A stretch of DNA of 64,000 bases, taken from Callorhinchus milii. Taxonomy: Eukaryota. Under the pieces are notes generated by a model. It was not told the DNA's origin. It searched no databases and saw only the letters and a program-made list of their open reading frames with translations. The stretch covers positions 1,240,001 through 1,304,000 of the forward strand of contig NW_024704751.1 in the NCBI RefSeq assembly GCF_018977255.1, in the 5' to 3' direction. Of this stretch, positions 12,046-24,767 are shown piece after piece (position 1 is the first letter of the stretch; the number at the start of each line of letters is the position of its first letter). The translations under genes were made by a program, and so were the position numbers.

Positions 12046-15000
12046 TGTACTTTGTGGTTCCAGAATGAGTCTGTGAGTTTCTCACCATGATGTTTCATGC
12101 CTAGTTCCTCGACTAGAGTTAGCATCAGGAACGGTGTTTGAAGGAGGTTAGGAGCTCTCAAAGAAACAGAGCAAGTGGAAAGGCAGACATCTTCTTGGTT
12201 CATGTTTAAACACCATGTAGGTTTTGGCTTACGTCTCCCAGCCCGCTCAGCTGGCTCCAGCCTCTTGTTTGTCTCTCGTCCCCTCTGTTCCAGTATCGCT
12301 CCGAAACTCTGGATCTCTCCCTCAATCCCTCCGCCTTGCTCCCTCCCTCCCCACTTTCAAATCCCGCCTAAAGACCTTCCTTTTTGATCGTGCTTACGGT
12401 CACCTCCCCCCTCCCTCTCCCACTGGCTCGGGGTCAGACTCCATGCTACCCAGTGTGAAGGGCGCTATATGAATGCAAGTTGTTGTTGGGAGGGAACGCA
12501 CAAATATATAAATGAACAAATAAATCAGATAAGTCGTCATAATTCAGACTGATGGGGAAATTGGAGCCTTCACAGAAAAGAAAAGTTTGCCATTCTGTGA
12601 ACAGTTTTATGAGTTTTGGTGCTGGCGCATACACTAGTGAAGCAGGAATTGGCTGTCATTAAAATGATAGACCGTGTGTCAGCTTTAGATTGGGGTGGGG
12701 GAGGGCGTTTCATCATTTACACAGATGAGCACACATTCAAGAGGAGAAAAAGAGTACATCTCTCAGAAGTGTGAGCAATCCACCGTTCTGTCAGTTTGGG
12801 GTGATCAGCTTTTGGTTTCATGGTTGTGGAAACACTGTTAGTTAGATTGCCAGAGCCCAGCTGCAGGTGCCACCGAATGCTAACACACGTGCGAGGATTC
12901 CTACAGCAATGCAAAGCCTCTGATGCTGTGATTTCTAAGAGTGTGTTTTCACAGGTGGATGCAAGATAAGCATCAGTTTGTAATCTAACAACTCAATCTA
13001 CGCTGAACTCAAGCAAACAGCCCCCAGTGCTCGGGCTCCGTGTCTTTGTTTGTGTGTGTGATTTGTCTATTTCAGTAAGTGTGTGTGCTTAGTCTAGTGT
13101 TTGTATCTAGTCTGTGGGTGTGTGTACTTAGTTTATTTCTGTGTGTGTATCTTGACTGTGTGTGTGTAGGGAGGTGGGTGGGGTGGGGGCCGTGGATATG
13201 TGGATGCATTTTGTCTGTTCCTGTGTGTCTAGTCCGTTTCAGCACCCCGGGATGTCCTCCTGACATGAAAGGCACTATACAAATGTAATCTTGTTGTTGT
13301 TGTTTCCCTGTGTGGGTGTATTGTCTGTTTCTGTGTGGATATCCCAAACCCTCTAATAAAATTGTGATTTGTGCATAGCAAGCAACTTTAAGTTTCACCA
13401 TGAGCTCAGGAGGAGCATTTGTCCTTTCACTGTGAGAAAGCAGCACTGATCAATAATCCCTGTTCCTCAATGTTTGATTCACTTACCCAGAGTGATATCA
13501 TAAGGTGTGTGTGTGTATGAAGGGGTGGGTGGGGGCAGGCAGCAGAAAATAACAACAAAATTATATTAATAATAATCCTTGCATTTGATATAGCGCATTA
13601 CCAAGTCGTTGAAATGTCTCAAAACGCTTCACAGGATTATACAGTACTTTAAAGTGTGAATTTTGTGGCCGAAAACATATAAGATCGCAAATAAAATGCG
13701 TCAAAAGGTACGGAAAAGAGTCACTGCACCAGACACCGACAACGACGACAACTTGCACTTATATAGGGCTCTTCACGCAGACGGTGTCTCACGTTTCGGA
13801 GCACCGAAGGCCTGGACCAGGCAGACCTGGAGGTAGATGCGGTTACTGTCACTGAAGTCCTGCAGTGCAGTGGCTGTCTTTCAGCGGCGGATATGAATCA
13901 TCACCGTTGCGGGAAGCATCTTTCTACTGTGACCACACGTTGCTGCATAAAGACAGACCGGTTCCTGGGCAGTAATGGCAGCCTTTGCATATTATATTCA
14001 TACAGATCTGACCACTTTGTCCTTTTGCATTATTAATAGAGAGAGAGAATCTCACTCCAGTAACAAAATTAAGTCACTTCTATCTATCTGTCTCACTCCT
14101 TTCCCTCCCCCCGCCCCCACTTCCCATTATCAAAGCCTCCTGCATCAGTATTTTATTGCTAAAACTCCTCCCACCATCAACTCCCCCCTAAGTAATTTGC
14201 AAATACTGTTTAAATTCTGGGATGCTGTAATAATGTAAATTGGTTCCCGCCGTGCTTTCAGTTTTAGAAAGTTTCAGGATTCCATTTATTCCCAGGTCAG
14301 AAAGGAGACCACCCCCCTTCCCCCCACCCTCAGGTCTTCTCACTTGCAAGGCGAGTGCTGACAATATTAACAATAATATTAACAATCAATACCTTTGCAT
14401 TTCTTACAGCGCCTTATTACACTGCTGAGATATTTCAACGTGCTTCACAGGATAAGATGTGGATAAAGTGGAATAACTTGTGTGTATTTTGTGGGCTTTC
14501 ACTTAACAAACAGAAACTGAAAATCATTTTCTCTTTAGGGACAGGATTCAAAACATACATACTAATCTATCTGCGTATAAAAATGTCACCTTATGTTCTG
14601 TGTTGGAATTCACTCTGAACAAAGCCTGGCAACTCAACAGCAAAAGACCCTTGAGTGAAGAGTCCGCCCACACTCCTCACCCGTACAAATACACCCCCAT
14701 TTAGTTGTGAGTTACCGAGTGCATCATGCGAAAACACTGACGAAAAGCTTGTTTACTTGGGCTGTGGTAAACGTGGAAAATATTGACATTAGTTAATAAC
14801 CAATTGTTATTCTATGTGCAACTTTGGCAGGATTTTCCATTAGACAATAAAGTGAAGCAATTTCAAATTCCGTCTGCTGCAAAGGTTACTTACAATGTTA
14901 TATTTAGAAAAGCGCCTTTCAGAGAACAAACTCCTTTTCCACTCATATCTACAGACATTGAAATTACAGCCGGGGGGTGGGGGGGTCATTTGGCTCAGTT

Positions 15001-15799
15001 CTATGATGGTGTCAGCTCTAACTCCCTGCTCTCTCTCTCTCTGTCCTCTTCAAATATGCATCCAATTCACTAATAATTTGCTCCTACATTGTAAAATGTT
15101 AGAGCTGCTATTTACGATGGAGACGGTGTGGGTTTTGTAATGGACTTTGCAAACACGGGTTTCCATTCCCAACCTTTCAGAGCACACACGAACCTTGCAT
15201 TTATTTTCCTCTGTCTGGCATCACACTGACATGTTGTTCTGTCCTGGCATTTGAGAGGAAGCTTTCGAAAGGTCTTTTGTGGGGGATGTGGGGAAACAAA
15301 AACAACTTGCATTTACACAGCGTCCCAGAGCGCTTGACAGTGGCGGAGCACGATGTCGAGCCGGGGGGAGGGGGGAGGTGACCATAGGCACGGTCAAATA
15401 GGAAGGTCTTCAGGCACGACCTGAAGATGGGGAAGGAAGGGGCAAGGCGGAGGGAGAGAGGAAGAGAGTTCCTGAGTTGGAATGAGTTCGAAAAAGGAGA
15501 TTTCTTTTTTTAAAAGGGCAAAACCGAGCAGTGGCACAGACCAGATTTCTATATGTCGTTTTGATGCCAGCTTGATTCCAGAGACCACCCTCCCCACCAA
15601 CCTCACCAAGGCAGAAAGCAACGCATTTTAAGTGCAATGTTATCCTAAACTCCAAAGGATCCAGCAAATTTTCGCCCCTGGATTAAATGTCGAAAGCTAA
15701 AGTTTGCAGGTTTAAGAGTCCCACACGAACAGACGAGTTATCTACCACACCCTTGTATAAAGTATTTCTGTACATATGCTTAAGAAGCAGCAGATGAAC

Positions 15800-16007
15800 A
15801 TCATTAGAGTGGGAGCAGAGAGGAAACCCAGTGTTCTCAGTTTCTGCCTGGTGAGTGACAGCCCATCAGAGTAAGAGCATGCAGAGCGGATGTGGTACTG
15901 GGTTTCTGTTAAAGAGCGGAAACAAAGCACAAATATTTTCACGTTCAGTCTTTCCCTGACACCAGAGCCACGATGAGGAGGAGAGGAAGAGACTCCTGAG
16001 GTAGTAG
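15800..16007 (+). promoter_or_regulatory. Candidate LAT2 promoter and non-coding first exon
   Basis: ETS cores (GAGGAA, GCGGAAAC), RUNX-type TGTGGT, and a strong donor AG|GTGAGT at 16007/16008, upstream of the ATG exon. Confidence 0.4.
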
Positions 16008-16284
16008 GTGAGTGAGAACCTCATTGTATCTAAGATTATAGTATTTTAGAGACTAACCCAGACCAACAACAACAATTTGCATATATATATATATATATAT
16101 ATAGCGTCTTGGAGCGTAATACAGACTAATGTACAAATAAACACAGATGAACATAAGACTAATTGTTCTTTCATTTTATATCATCATCGAGATGTCTCAA
16201 AGTGTTTCACGTGATTTTACTGTAAAGTCTAGTGACTGTAGACACACAATTTGCACACGTCCCACACACAGCCTTGAAAGTGAA

Positions 16285-16660
16285 TAATCCTTGTATTTTG
16301 ATATAGTGCTTTTGGTGTCTTCTAGACGTCTCAAAGCACTTCACAGAATATACTGAATATTCATATAATATATGAATTAACTGTATATTTGTGGGCAAAA
16401 CACGGCAGCCAGTTGTGCACAGCAGTGTCCCACAAACAGCCGCTGGTTGAGTGACCAAATTATTATTACTTTTTGTGAAGGATTATTATGCTCGGAAAAG
16501 CGATCCGCCAAACGACTAACAACCGGGTTCCTACTTACTGCTATGTGAACAGAGGCGTGTGCAATAAGGAAACTTGCCCGACATTTCGCCCTGCCGCGAA
16601 TAGAACCCAGGTCTCTCATTTATGAGGTGAGTGCTCTAACCACTGAGCTACAGGACTCCA
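16285..16660 (-). mobile_element. tRNA-derived SINE with L2-type tail
   Basis: Full-length reverse copy; head reads CACTGAGCTACAGGACTCCA on the + strand. Confidence 0.85.
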
Positions 16661-17071
16661 GTGAATGACCACTATCTGACAAACTAATATCCACAGACAC
16701 AACTAATGATCCCAAACTGAGATTGACATGAAAGTTGAAACACAACTCCCCCTTCTCTTTAAATGATAATCAAACATGTTAAAAATGGCTCCCTAACATA
16801 GGGCTGTTCATGAGGCTCAGAATCGAGCTTCTGTTGTGACTTATGATGGTCTCAAACTGTCAGACGATCTCAGTTTCTCTTCTGCTATCATTTTGATGTA
16901 ACAAGGCCCCCACAGGATCCAGGGATTTGAATCATTAATAGTGAAAGTCCTGTGTTCCAATTGCTCTGTCAAATATAAAGATTATCGTTAAGCGGCTTTA
17001 AAAAATGGATAATTGAAGCGCTGAAATCCTGGGAGAGTTCATGGACAATGTTCTTGACATAATTTGTTTTC

Positions 17072-17320
17072 AGCCTGGCTCAGTCGGTAGCACTCTAACC
17101 TCTGAGTCAAAAGTTTGTGGGATCAAGCCCCACATTGGGGACTTTGAACTCACATAGTCTAGATGGACACTCCAGCGCAGTGAGGTGAGCCCTGCAATGT
17201 CGAAGGCGCAGTGCTTCAGATGGCACGTTAACCCGAGGTCCCATTTTGGTGGAAGTTATTGTCCTGGCTAACAATCCCCCGATAAAACCAGTTATTCACT
17301 TTGTGGCTGTTTGATGGTTT
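17072..17320 (+). mobile_element. Older SacSINE1-like Deu-domain SINE
   Basis: TGGCTCAGTCGGTAGCACTCT..CTCTGAGTCA..GTGGG..CAAGCCCCAC head and GTCGAAGGCGCAGTGCTTCAGATG..GTTAACCCGAGGTCCC core. Related copies at about 20320-20610 (-), 21455-21810 (+) and 25885-26310 (+). Confidence 0.7.
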
Positions 17321-17713
17321 GTTCGACCGTCACCTCCTCCCTCCCACCGGTTCGGCGTCAGACTCCAAGACACTGCCCCGCGTGAACGGCACAATATAAT
17401 TGCAAGTTGTTGTTGTTGTTGTTTGCTGCCGCTTTTGTCTACAAAACTCATAGCCACTGCACTTTACAATGAATCCTGTGAAGCACTTTGAGACACTCTC
17501 CTGCCTTCAAAATCGCTGTATCAAATGTAAGGGACTATTACTATCTTAATTCAGGAAACTGACACAACACGTGTCGGGGACAGAGAAAGGACACAGACGG
17601 AATCAGAGAATTTTACAGCGAAAGAGGAGCCTGTTTGGCGTGTCTATCCTGCACTATCTCCCTCTTTCTCTCCCTCTCTCTCTCTCCCTCTCTCGTCTCT
17701 CCCTCTCCCCTCG

Positions 17714-18461
17714 TTTGAATCCCATTCACCGGCCTCTTTACCTTCACTTCCTTTTGCTCGCGTTACAAAAAACAGTTATTACAATTGGAACAACAACAAC
17801 AACAAGTAGCATTTATATAATGACCTTTATGCTGGATAGCGTCTTGGAGTGCTTGAACGTGGCGGAGTTTGATGCCGAGCCGGGGAGAAAGGCGAGGTGA
17901 CCGTAGATACGGTCAAGCAAGTTCTAAAAAAAATTAATCCTTGCATTTGATATAGCGCCTTATCACGTCGTTGAGAGGTCTCAAAGCACTTTACAGAATA
18001 TATTGTAGAGTGTAGTGACTGTGTACTTTGTGGGCAAACGTTCTTTCTACGTTGAGGGCAGTCTGCTTTCCTCCTGTAATGGAGCCACTTTGAGTAGGAC
18101 TGTAGAAAGTCCAGGAATAATAGTACTACTACTAATAATCCTCGCATTTGATATAGCGCCTTATCACATCTCTGATAAGATTGTGTGTCATCGCGTCTTC
18201 GAGACGTTTCAAAGCGCTTCACAGAATATATTGTAAAGTGGATTGACTGTTTATTTTGTGAGCCAAATGCTGCAGCCAACTGCGCTCAATTTTTTTTTTG
18301 ACCCAGTATCTCGAAAACAGTCACGGATTGAGTGACCACATTTTTGTTTTGGTGGGATTATTACCCCCGCAAAGCAATCCACCAATTGACCACCAACCAA
18401 GTTCCTACTTACCGTTAGGTAAACAGTGGCGTGTCGAGTAAGCAAACTTGCCTACGGTTTC
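17714..18461 (+). repeat. Local direct duplication, copy 1
   Basis: Collinear and near-identical to 19411-20144, including unique (non-transposon) sequence. Confidence 0.9.
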
Positions 18462-19410
18462 GTCCTGTCCAGGAATCAAACCTGGGTTCTCTCGTTGCAA
18501 GGCAAGCATGCTAACCACTACACTATGGGACTCCACAAGAATCAATTGTCCCAGAGTCACTCCCTGTTCGATGCCAAGGGACTGAACTCAGTCCAGGGAC
18601 AGCAGTGTGACTTAGAATTGTTGTTAGTGACCCAGGACAAACATATCAGCCAGGATTTCCCTCTCCTGATTGATGCCAATGATGGAAAGTGACCAGACTG
18701 CAGAGCTCGCTGTTCCGAGAAGTGTGTGTGGGAGGTGGGGGAGGTGCAGAGAGGCCAAGGAAGAAGACAGCAAGTCAAGCTAATGAAGATACAAGGCCCC
18801 CTCTGAAACAAAATGGTGGCTACAGACACAATCAGTGGTGGGTGGAACACGTTGATCACATGAAAGCTTCAGGTGACAAAGTCCCTTCAGTCCCATTTGA
18901 TCTCATCCTTCCAGAATATTCGCCCAATGTTTTCCTCTGAGACAGGTATTTATGTAGGTGAAGAGCCCCATCTTACCTATTTGCACCTTACAGCCACTCT
19001 AACACTGGGGAGCAGCCGAGCAGGTGCTTTCCAAAGCCTCTAAGGGCCCCCAAAGGCTTCTTTTATGTTGTGGTCAACAAATGTGTACCGAGTGCTCTGA
19101 GCAAAAGCTGACCAGAGTGTCTTTACACGAGTCGCAGCTTCCCTCTGAGCATTCAAAGGTTTATTCTGGTGCACGGGGCTGAGGCTCAAACTCATTGGGC
19201 CAAGAGTACAGGCCAGAGCTCAGCTGCGTTCAGCCTGAATCAGGACGAATGAGAGGCATCACGTAGCTATCAGAGAGGTTGAGAGCTCACGCTCCAACGG
19301 TAACCTTAACCTTTGGAGGCGTCTCTTTTATAAAGATTTCTTTGATGTGTTCTCTGATAATACAGCGGTGTGTTATTTTAATAATGATAAAATAACTCTC
19401 TCTCCTTTCA

Positions 19411-20144
19411 TTTGAATCCCATTCACCGGCCTCTTTACCTTCACTTCCTTTTGCTCGCGTTACAAAAAACAGTTATTACAATTGGAACAACAACAACAAG
19501 TAGCATTTATATAATGACCTTTATGCTGTATAGCGTCTTGGAGTGCTTGAACGTGGCGGAGTTTGATGCCGAGCCGGGGAGAAAGGCGAGGTGACCGTAG
19601 ATACGGTCAAGCAAGTTCTAAAAAAAATTAATCCTTGCATTTGATATAGCGCCTTATCACGTCGTTGAGACGTCTCAAAGCACTTTACAGAATATATTGT
19701 AGAGTGAAATGATGGTGTACTTTGTGGGCAAAGGTTCTTTCTATGTTGGGGGCAGTCTTCTGTCTTCCTCCTGTAATGGAGCCACTTTGAGTAGGACTGT
19801 AGAAAGTCCAGGAATAATAGTACTACTAATAATAATCCTTGCATTTGATATAGCGCCTTATCACATCTCTGATAAGATTGTGTGTCATCGCGTCTTCGAG
19901 ACGTCTCAAAGCGCTTCACAGAATATATTGTAAAGTGGATTGACTGTTTATTTTGTGAGCCAAATGCTGCAGCCAATTGCGCACAGCAGTGTCTCAAAAA
20001 CGGTCACGGATTGAGTGACCACATTTTTGTTTTGGTGGGATTATTACCCCCGGAAAGCAATCCACCAATCGACTAACAACCGGGTTCCTATTTACCGTTA
20101 GCTAAACAGTGGCGTGTAGAGTAAGTAAACTTGCCTACGGTTTC
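19411..20144 (+). repeat. Local direct duplication, copy 2
   Basis: Starts TTTGAATCCCATTCACCGGCC, as at 17714; ends CTTGCCTACGGTTTC. Confidence 0.9.
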
Positions 20145-20827
20145 CTTGCATTTGATATTGCGCTTTATCAGGTCTTCAAGACATCTCAAAGCGCTTAAAC
20201 CATCAGTAGTACATTAAGGTAGATATAACACTTACATTTGATATAGGGTCTTTTACATCGGGAAGATGTCTTAAAGAGCTTCACAGGATGTACGTGATAG
20301 TGTAGCGATTGTGTATCGTGTAGGCGAATGCAGCAGGTAATTTGCGCACAGCGACGTCTCACAAACAACTGCGAAGGGAGTGAATAAATTTGCCTGAGTG
20401 GAATTGTTGGCCAGGACAATGAGAGAGAGAAACTCGCTTCTCTTTTCAAATGGGATCTTTAACGTCCACCTGAAAAGGGCACAGACAGTTTGTCTCGTCC
20501 AAAAGATGGCATCTCCAACAATAGATAACGAGTCTCAAAATCCCTGGACGTGAAGCTTGAACCCACAACCTTCTGACTCAGAGAGGCGAGGCGGCTGCCA
20601 ACAGAGCCAGGGTGACACATATTACTTACAACTTGATCTTTTATCAGTAAAATGAAGTCTCTTTGTGTGATGATTTTTGAACCCTCGCCTGAAGCGATGT
20701 GTCACCACAATAAAAAAGAGACCTGCAGAAGTCAATGGAACGTTCTTCTGATAAGGGTGAAGAGCGGATTTTATTTTAGTTTGTGAGAAATACTTTCTCT
20801 CTCGTACCCTAGAGTTTACCCTTACAT

Positions 20828-21205
20828 GTGGAGTCTTGTAGTACAGTGGTTAGAGCGCTCGCCTCACAAGCGAGAGGATCCGGGTTCAATTGCCAGGGCA
20901 GGGCTAAACTTTAGGCAAGTTTCCTTACTCCACACGCCTCTGTTTACTGGCAGTTTGTAGGAACCTGGTTATCAGTCAATTGGTGGATCGCTTTATGGGG
21001 GTAATAATCCGTTCAAAAAAAAGAAATTAGGTCACTCAATCCATGACTGTTTGTTTGTGCACAATTGTCTGCCACGTTTTGCCCACAAAATATACAGTCA
21101 ATTCACTTTACGTGAAGTGCTTTGAAATGTCTCCATGACGCATTAAGGCGCTCTATCAAATGCAGGGTTTATTCTTCTTGTTAATAAGGATTATTATTAT
21201 TATTA
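20828..21205 (+). mobile_element. tRNA-derived SINE with L2-type tail
   Basis: Full-length forward copy. Confidence 0.85.
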
Positions 21206-21308
21206 CCCATGACTTTCACATCAGGAGGACATCTCAAAGCACCTCACACACCCTGTGTATGACTGTGTTGTATTATATATTTGCAGCTTTCCATTTCCAG
21301 ATCTGGTC

Positions 21309-21405
21309 ATGTATCAGGGACAGTTGTGGTGGGGAATTCTCTCCGTGCTCCCCCTAGGGATCCTCGTGACGCTCTGTGCAAGGTGCAGACGAACCAGGGG
21401 TCGCA
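21309..21405 (+). CDS. LAT2: LAT2 coding exon 1 (TM helix and CARC palmitoylation motif)
   Basis: MYQGQLWWGILSVLPLGILVTLCARCRRTRGR; donor A|GTAAGT. Confidence 0.88.
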
Positions 21406-21545
21406 GTAAGTACCGGCTTCATTGTGTTGCATGTTGGCTAGCACTTGCCAGGGCAGCTCAATCAGTAGCTCTCTCTCACCTCTGCGCCTGGAGGTTGTGG
21501 GTTAAATACCCACTGAAGCTCAGGTCATGAACTCACTGTCGAGCG

Positions 21546-21726
21546 CAGTGGTGGCCAACCTTTTTGGTCGTCCAACAAAATACATTTTCTTGATTGAATA
21601 TTTCTTGATTTATGCATCAATCGATTAATATTCAATGAAAAAACCTGGAAAAACAACATTGATTGAAAGCGGAGATTACTTACCGAGATTACTGCCAGCC
21701 TGCAAGCCTTGGGTTGGCAACCACTG
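21546..21726. mobile_element. hAT-Charlie-like MITE nested in a Deu-domain SINE
   Basis: Terminal inverted repeats CAGTGGTGGCCAACC ... GGTTGGCAACCACTG (14 of 15 match); 8-bp target duplication is degenerate. Confidence 0.7.
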
Positions 21727-23466
21727 GTCTCATGCAGTGCTGGGTGGTTGAGACGTTAAACCGAGGTCCCGTCTGTGCCTGTTCGGGTGGACCCTAAAGA
21801 TCCTGCATCGACAACAACTTACATTTTTATAGCAGCGCCCCTCAGGCAGGATAGCGTCCCAGAGCGCATTGACAGTGCCGGAGCCAGGAGCGGAGGCAGT
21901 GGGTAGTGGGTTGGGGAATAAACAGTGTCCCCATTTCCATCAGTATCGAAAATGAGAAGGGGATTCCTCTCTTGGTGTTAATCATTCATTGCAGTTTGTG
22001 GTGCCACGCTTGCCTACAGAAAGAGTCGCTACACGTATCACTAATTATTGTCAAGCTCTTGAGAGATGTTTGGATGTGATAAGGTGCTATAAAAATGCAA
22101 GTTCTTTCCTTTGTCAAAATTCACTGTGTGTGCGTTTGTGTATTCACGCAAAAATAGTTATGAGAAGGCAGCCTCCCCGACCTACTGCAAACTCTGTTGC
22201 TTAATGTAAGAGATGCTATTGCTTTGGTGGGCGAGTGGGTTTTAAAACGGTAACATATCCGCTGGGCCAGACAGGAAGACCTGAGCGGTTTGCTAGTTAT
22301 CTAAACTTTGAGGCTCATCCACTTTGCAAGTGAGAGGACATGGGTTCGATTCCCAGTCGGGGCGAAACCTCAGGCAACTTTCCGGTTGTTAGTCAATTGG
22401 CGGATCACTTTCTGGGGTAATAATCCCTCCCGCCGCTCAAATAAATTTGGTCATTGCTTGTGGGATACTGCTGTACGCAATTGTCTGCCGCGTTTCGCCC
22501 ACAGAATATACAGTCAAACTACTTTACAGTATATTCTGTGAAGGGTTTTGAGACGTCTCAATGACATGATAGGGAGCCCTATCAAATGCAAGGAATAATA
22601 TTATTATATTCTAAAGCTACCAGTGTCACTGTGCCTGATGGCTCGGGAAGCTGCTACATCCACTGAATGTGGTATGTGCAAGTGTTGGAGTTCCTCTGAA
22701 GCGTGGGTTTGTGTAAGCCGATCAGAGGGGCTTTTATCTGAGCCCTCAGCAGTGTTCTAAGGCTGTGGTGGTGCAAGCTCTACCGGAAGCCAGGAAGGTT
22801 CTGCACTAAATGTGGTGGTTTAGCATTAAGCCGGTTAGCCTGACCTGCTAACACACTGGGCCCTGGATGCAGTTTTTTTTTATTAAAGTGAAAGAACGTT
22901 CAACGCTAAAGATAAAATTCCCTACAAACTGTCAGAGGTGGTGGCTGCGTCTGTCGCTGTGCGGTTTGTTCTGTCTGGAACCTCGGGTGTTTGAGATCAA
23001 CCACAGGAACCCCGAGCGACAGCAACGCAATGCAATCCTTCCAATTGTTGCGGCTCCTTATCCCGTTAGGATAGGACATCTCCCGGCGTTTCACAAGATT
23101 TTACTGTAAAGTGCAGTGAATGTGCATTATTCAGAGAGTATTTTGTTGTAATTTATTAATAATAATCCTTGCATTTGATATAGCGCCTGATCACGTCAGA
23201 GACATCTCAAAGCGCTTCAGAGAATATACTCTAAAGTAAATTGACTGTGTATTTTGTGGGAGGAATAGTGCCATGGGATCTCTAACATCTATCTGAACAG
23301 GCACACACTTGCACGCTGTTTGGCTCATTGCCACTTTACCAGAGTCTACAGTGCAGCAGCGAAGGGGAAACCACGACTTGTGTGTGTGATATGCTTGCAA
23401 ATTATTTTTGAAAATGAAATCCGATCAAGCTTCAGTCTTTAAAGGTGTCAAATGTAACATCCACAG

Positions 23467-23512
23467 CTGTGATCCGAGAGGAGACTAGGAGGAAAGGGCG
23501 CAGCGTTCACGG
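23467..23512 (+). CDS. LAT2: LAT2 coding exon 2
   Basis: cacag|...CACGG|gtaagc; phase 1 to 2 as required; TVIREETRRKGRSVHG. Confidence 0.65.
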
Positions 23513-23727
23513 GTAAGCAGAACCCCCAACTTTTCAGACTATCAAGAATAGCTCAAAGACGTCCTCCGGATCGGTAAGGCTGGGTGAAGCCAGGACGCTG
23601 AACTCATTTAAGAAAGCTCAGTGGCAATTGGGAAAACCGTAAAGCGGGGATATTTCTTTGGAGGGGGGGGGGGAGAGAGAGAGACCAAATTGGCTAAAGA
23701 ACTTTCTTCACTGCTGTGCCAAACAAT

Positions 23728-23950
23728 TCGCTTTTCACACAGCGAGTTGTTGGGATCTGGAATGCATTGCCTGGAATGGTGGTGGAAGCTGATTCGATAA
23801 TAACTTTTAAGAGAGAAATAGATAATTATTTGGGGAGGACAAGTTTGTAGGGCTATGGGGAGAGAGCGGGGGAGTGGGATTCATTTGGATAGCTCTTTTC
23901 AAAGAGCCGGCACGGACACAATGGGCCGAATGGCCTCCTTCTATGATTCT
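23728..23950 (+). mobile_element. CR1 3' end fragment
   Basis: TTTTCACACAGCGAGTTGTT...ATGGGCCGAATGGCCTCCTTCT tail; similar copies at about 45555-45745 and 49545-49760. Confidence 0.8.
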
Positions 23951-24055
23951 GTGAAGGGGTTTGCAGGCAACATTTCACAGGAATTTGCTACACATTCGAA
24001 GACTGAAATCATACAGGAAGACTGAGATTTTTACCATTCTGTCTGCTCTTTTTAG

Positions 24056-24099
24056 GAATGAAGATAAGAAACAATTTGAAGTGGTCAGATCATACACAG
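24056..24099 (+). CDS. LAT2: LAT2 coding exon 3
   Basis: tttag|G NEDKKQFEVVRSYT G|gtaaat; resembles human REDQQSFTGSRTYS. Confidence 0.85.
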
Positions 24100-24351
24100 G
24101 TAAATCATCAAAGCCATTGAGATTGAGTCAGCAGTGTTTCTTACAACAAAGCTGCATTGTGGGGTGGGTTTATGATAGATTCGATGGGAATTGGATGTCT
24201 AGAGTTAAGAAAGTACTTTCGGTCAAATTTGTTTTTGTGTTGGTTGAAGCTCATACAAGGCTGAGAATATGTATCAGGTTTTTGACTGTGGAAAGAGATA
24301 TCTCAAGAGGGGACAATTCAAAGGTGTATGAAAAGGGATTGAGAAAGTAAA

Positions 24352-24441
24352 CAACAACAACAAATTACATTTATACAGTGCTTTCATGTCGGAAGGACGT
24401 CCCAAGGCCCCGGACAGTTAAGGATTTTGAGACAGGCCTTG
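24352..24441 (-). mobile_element. Internally deleted L2 3'-end insertion flanked by a 19-bp direct repeat
   Basis: (CAA)n-ATTACATTTATACAGTGCTTTCATGTCGGAAGGACGTCCCAAGG, flanked by AAGGGATTGAGAAAGTAAA at 24333-24351 and 24442-24460. Confidence 0.75.
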
Positions 24442-24721
24442 AAGGGATTGAGAAAGTAAAGCCAGAACATTGGGTTCAGATGTACACTGAGGCAGTGGGG
24501 ACAGACTGCACAGGTCCAGTGCTGTGAAGGGCAATGTGTAGGACAGACAACAGGAAGTATTTTTTAATACAGAGGAAATCAATCATTGGAACCAGACGTG
24601 ATCAGGCACTACATCAAATGCAAGAATTATTATTATTGTTGTACAACAACTGAATAATCCTGTTTGCATTGGTTTCATTTGTGTTTAATGTGGCTAAAAT
24701 GTTGCCTGTTGCTTTGCTCAG

Positions 24722-24767
24722 TGACAAGACAGGATCACGGACCGAGGCCGCCAGCACCACTGCCAGA
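24722..24767 (+). CDS. LAT2: LAT2 coding exon 4
   Basis: ctcag|...CCAGA|gtaagc; VTRQDHGPRPPAPLP; phase 1 to 2. Confidence 0.75.

Noticed and set aside
17571-19997. Duplicated ORFs (MNPIHRPLYLHFLLL..., [10 protein letters not shown]...)
   Set aside because: Chance frames across duplicated SINE and L2 fragments.
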